Notes under the pieces: model-generated
What the model saw: the letters and a program-made list of their open reading frames with translations, nothing else
The model's database searches: none
Told to the model about the DNA's origin: nothing
Part shown: piece after piece, positions 59,566 to 64,000 of the stretch
Numbering within the stretch: the first letter of the stretch is position 1
Layout: every line of letters begins with the position of its first letter
Source: Amoeboaphelidium protococcarum X5
Lineage: Eukaryota; Fungi; Aphelidiomycota
Length of the DNA: 64,000 nt
Assembly (NCBI GenBank): GCA_023515725.1
Contig: JALDTO010000192.1
Location: 699,517 to 763,516, forward strand
Reading direction: 5' to 3'
Made by a program: the position numbers and the translations under genes

Positions 59566-62061
59566 TCACATTCTGGTTAAAGGCCTCAATCCTAGTAGTC
59601 TCATACCATTTCCAAGTACCACACGCGCGGCCCAATACGTCCAGAATCTTCCCACCAGAATCTCCTTGTCAGCAACCTTGTTCTAGGTATCCATCACGTA
59701 AACGTCATCCAAGCACGAGCTAATCTTATGGCAGATAGCGAACAGGTACACTACAAGATTACAAGGCTCATAACCACGATAAGGAATGGCAGCGATCAAC
59801 TCTGGAAACTGAGAGAGGATAAACGCCAAATCTTGCAATTTAGGACTATCAGCTTTAGCCAAAATTCCAGCGGATAAAGGAAGGGGAGGAGAATAAGTCG
59901 CCTCCGAATACTCGATCGGCGTGCCCAACACATCCTTATGATAATAGTTAATAAAGTTACGCTCAATAGAACACAATCTTGCATGAGCATACTGCAAGTA
60001 CGGACCAGTATCTCCCTCAAAGCTAGTCATTCTATCCCAATTGAAATCATAATCCTTCACTCTCTTACCGCCCATATCCTGGATGAACACTGCACTCAGA
60101 CCAATGGTATCCGAAGTTTGATCGACATTCTCAATTCGATTGAACGCAGCCTCATTCTCCTTCATCTTGGCCAACATTACAGACTTGGACTCCTCCAGAA
60201 TATCTTCCAAGAATACCACATTACCCTTCCTAGTGCTCATACCATTCACCAGACCAAATCCAATATGTTGACACTTTTACGACACGTCCTAGTGATTAGC
60301 AAGTTCCAAAGTCTTAAACAACTGTCTGAAGTGCAACTCTTACTAATTGGCCACAACATAGATCATCTTGTCAAAGTTATACTCGCGATACCTGGCCAGT
60401 GCGGCGGCGATATCTCTAGTAATGTACAGAGTTGTACCGTCAGACTTTTAAATAACTGCGGCACCCATATTGAATTTCTTCAAATCAATAATCTACGCGC
60501 CATCACTCTCCTACAAGAGCTTGAGAGACTTCATCTCAGCCAGAACATCCTACATCTCTGCGCTGTACATACTCTCACCAGAGTAAATGTCAAACTCGAT
60601 ATTAAGCCTGTCATAAATTTACTTGTACTTTTCAATCGATAATGCACGGAAGCGACGCCATAACGCCAACGCCTTCTCGTCACCATCTTCCATCTGCTTG
60701 AAGTAGGCTCTAGCTTCGTCATTCACCGATTCATCCTCCTTGGCCATCTTGGATATCTTGACGTAGATATCAAACAGGTGTCTGATAGGATCCTATTTCA
60801 AAGCATCTTCACTGCCAAATCTTTCAAATCCAACAGCTAGCAATCCATACTGCTTTCCCCAATCACCTAGATAATTGATAGCCAGCGTCTTTGCACCGTT
60901 AGCCTTGGCAATATTCCTAACAAAGTTACCAATGATGGTTGATCTCAAATGACCAGCATGGAACGGCTTGGCAATATTAGGACTACTAAACTCCACCACA
61001 ACAGTCTACCCCTTCATTGAAGGAGTCTATCCAAATTGCTCCTTCTTCGTATGCACAGCATTGATCAGCTAAGTCATCAGGTTCTTCTTGTCTAATTTGA
61101 TAGACAAAAAAGGCCCATCACTAGATAAACTGCTAACATATCCATCATCGACTTTAAAGTTGGACGCGACATCTGCAGCAATCTTGGTAGGATTTCCTTT
61201 GATTCTCAGCTTTGGAATAGGAACACTAAAGTCTGCTACTGCCGTATTTCCACCTTTGGCAATTTCAAGAGACTGAGCAGCAAATTTGGCGTCAATTCCC
61301 AGCTATTACTACAGTTGCACACCGAGAGCATATCTGAAAACAGACAAAGGGTCATAATCGGCAGATTACACGTGCGAGATATCAAACTGAATATCCTTGG
61401 ATAGCGACGCTTCTTACTAAGTAGATTGATCAGTCTTTTGTGGTTTCTCAGCCTTCTTCTTGGACTTTCCATCTGCAGCTGCAGAAGTAGCAGAAAGCAC
61501 GGTGACTTGTTAAGCAGAGCATAAATGGGTGATTATCTTCACGGCATCAACAAATTGAGGACGAGAATCAACAGACTAGAACCAATCCTCGGAAGATCCT
61601 TGTAGCTTATCAACAACGGCAGATGATTTTACAAGACTCCATGCACTCACATCAGCAATGGTTATATTATTCTTTGCATTCAAGATACCATCACAAACCA
61701 ATTGATCAACGACTGATACGAGAGTTGACTCAGTCGCGGTGGACAACAAATCTAAAGCTCGATCAATCTAGATGACATTCTACACTTCATGCAAAGGATA
61801 AAGACTAGAAGCACCAGCATTAGAACGTACAAGATACTTCATGATGGATGATTAATTGCAGAACGCGGATGGCAAAGATCTAGACAATGGACTTAACTCC
61901 CAACACGCCAAATCATTGTTAACTTTAAACTCTATAAACTCCTTCTTCTCACTATTCTTAGTACTTAAAAGGCCACTCAGAGCAGCCACAGCATAAGACG
62001 TACTTAAACCAGTCTTGGCATTGAATTAAAAAATAACCTTCTCACTCATTCTCCTCAGCAT
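59566..62061 (-). CDS. RARS: Arginyl-tRNA synthetase with N-terminal GST-like extension (831 aa)
   Basis: [47 protein letters not shown]; one open frame from ATG 62061/62049. Confidence 0.93.
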
Positions 62062-62460
62062 TAATTATGATATGAAAACGGTAGATAAAGTGACCAAGAA
62101 AGAATAAAGTTAAGCGCGTGCTGAGATTAACCCGCAAGAAAAGACGACGCGTCAAGCTACGAGAGAAGATTCAACCTTAACGCGTTTTAGAATTGTTTCA
62201 CGTCATTGTTTGCTCTGTGTGAAACGGTTGATTATGGTCACGTACGTACTATATGTTTTCAATGCAGTGATGGCGAATCTACTGGTTGTTATGCTGACTG
62301 ATTGGTTGATTGAGTAGGAAGGCGTTGTCCTGGTAACAATGAGAATGACAATGTTCTCATCGCATTGTCTTGGCCGGATCTTGCCATTTTTACTTATAAT
62401 TGCATTAAAAAGTTTTTAACTTTCAGTATCAGTTGACATATCATCACTTATATACAAGTA

Positions 62461-63192
62461 ATGGAGTCTGTTATTGCTAATAATCACGAGAAAAGAGCGG
62501 AGTAAACTCTGGGCGCATTCTCACCGCCGGCAAGTAAATTGAAGTCTGTCGGATCTCTGAGGCGTTCTGATATCTCAAAGAAACTGAAATCTAATCCATT
62601 CCTTAAAATTGATTAGAGATTTAGTGATTCAACTGGAGATGCATTAGGGAAGAAGAGCGATACTCCCGTCGTTGAGAAACTGGTTCGCAGAGGCACAGTA
62701 AAGAATAACCCATTTATTGTTAAAGATTAAAAGTAATAAGATTGCAGATTGCCACCTCAATCATAAAAATTCAATTCTCCGGCCATTTAGAAATCTGCCG
62801 TTGTTAAGAATGCAACAGAAAAGCGTGTTGTGGTGCCTCATAATGGATCTCTGATTGATCGCTCATCGCTGTGTAAGGTGATAGACAATCCGTTCATGAA
62901 ACTTGCTCACCACGTCAGGGCGGCGATTCCACCAGTCGTGAAGCATTAATCATCATCTGTTATGAAGAAAGTTTTCCCTCAGTCGCGCCCAACTTCTGCT
63001 AAATAAATGATGGCCGGAAACGGGAAATCCGCGTCAGAGGCTCAGTTGAATAGTGAAGCTGTAACAGTGTAGACCAGTACCAAGTCGGAGAATATCAAAG
63101 CACCATCTGAAATATCACTAATGCGCAAGTTTGTTCTAGAGTAGATGACTGTAAAGGTGAAGCAGAATATTCAAAAACTGCGCGAACCATGA
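62461..63192 (+). CDS. Hypothetical basic protein with three NPF motifs (243 aa)
   Basis: 732-nt code-6 ORF; KSNPFLKID, KNNPFIVKD, IDNPFMKL. Confidence 0.65.
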
Positions 63193-63467
63193 ATAAATTA
63201 TGATACCAGATTGTTAAAATAAATCTTGTAGTTGTTTTCACTCTCACCACTATTTCTTCTTTGATCGCGCTCATTAGCCCCTTATGAGAAATCGAACCAA
63301 ACGAGCGAGCGAACCTTAGAAACTTTGATCGAGCGTGCTTTGATTTTCGATTGAATTCTTTGCAGGTTTTTTTCGGGCGTCGTGAAAATATATTGTGACG
63401 TTGTTCTAATCAGCAACAATCATATCAGCAATTATTTGATTTACACAATATATCCTCGATATAAAAA

Positions 63468-64000
<533 letters not shown>

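Noticed and set aside
59938-60642. 234-aa plus-strand ORF, the longest in the supplied track
   Set aside because: Antisense shadow of the ArgRS gene; the same applies to many other listed ORFs

Overview
Gene-dense eukaryotic DNA from a fungus-like opisthokont that reads TAA/TAG as Gln and uses only TGA as stop (translation table 6). This is why the supplied standard-code ORF track is fragmented. The code plus fungal-type genes suggest the aphelid Amoeboaphelidium protococcarum or a relative (inference). Re-read in that code, the window holds about 30 host genes, including PSMA1, eIF2B-delta, RCF2, CLPTM1, YJU2, EF-Ts, FCF1, a PKD-like kinase, PFDN4, a TALE homeobox, N6AMT1, an acyl-CoA dehydrogenase, INTS9-like, DBP6, WSS1-like, GH19-like, PIG-L, PNS1, a CAMK-group kinase, PDK/BCKDK, SmD3, Ras, ISA1, ArgRS and mtHsp70. 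It also holds the 5' part of a Ty3/gypsy LTR retrotransposon whose gag and pol are in frame across a single TGA. The standout is two apparently identical 4,486-bp DNA transposons (10518-15003 and 48056-52541) with TACGG...CCGTA TIRs and 6-bp TSDs, resembling IS3EU. Each encodes an integrase-type DDE transposase plus an intact, convergent alpha-kinase (eEF2K/MHCK family) cargo gene, and carries a solo-LTR-like relic. One copy splits a secreted-protein gene; the other sits in a splice donor of a host kinase gene. All translations and coordinates were done by hand.
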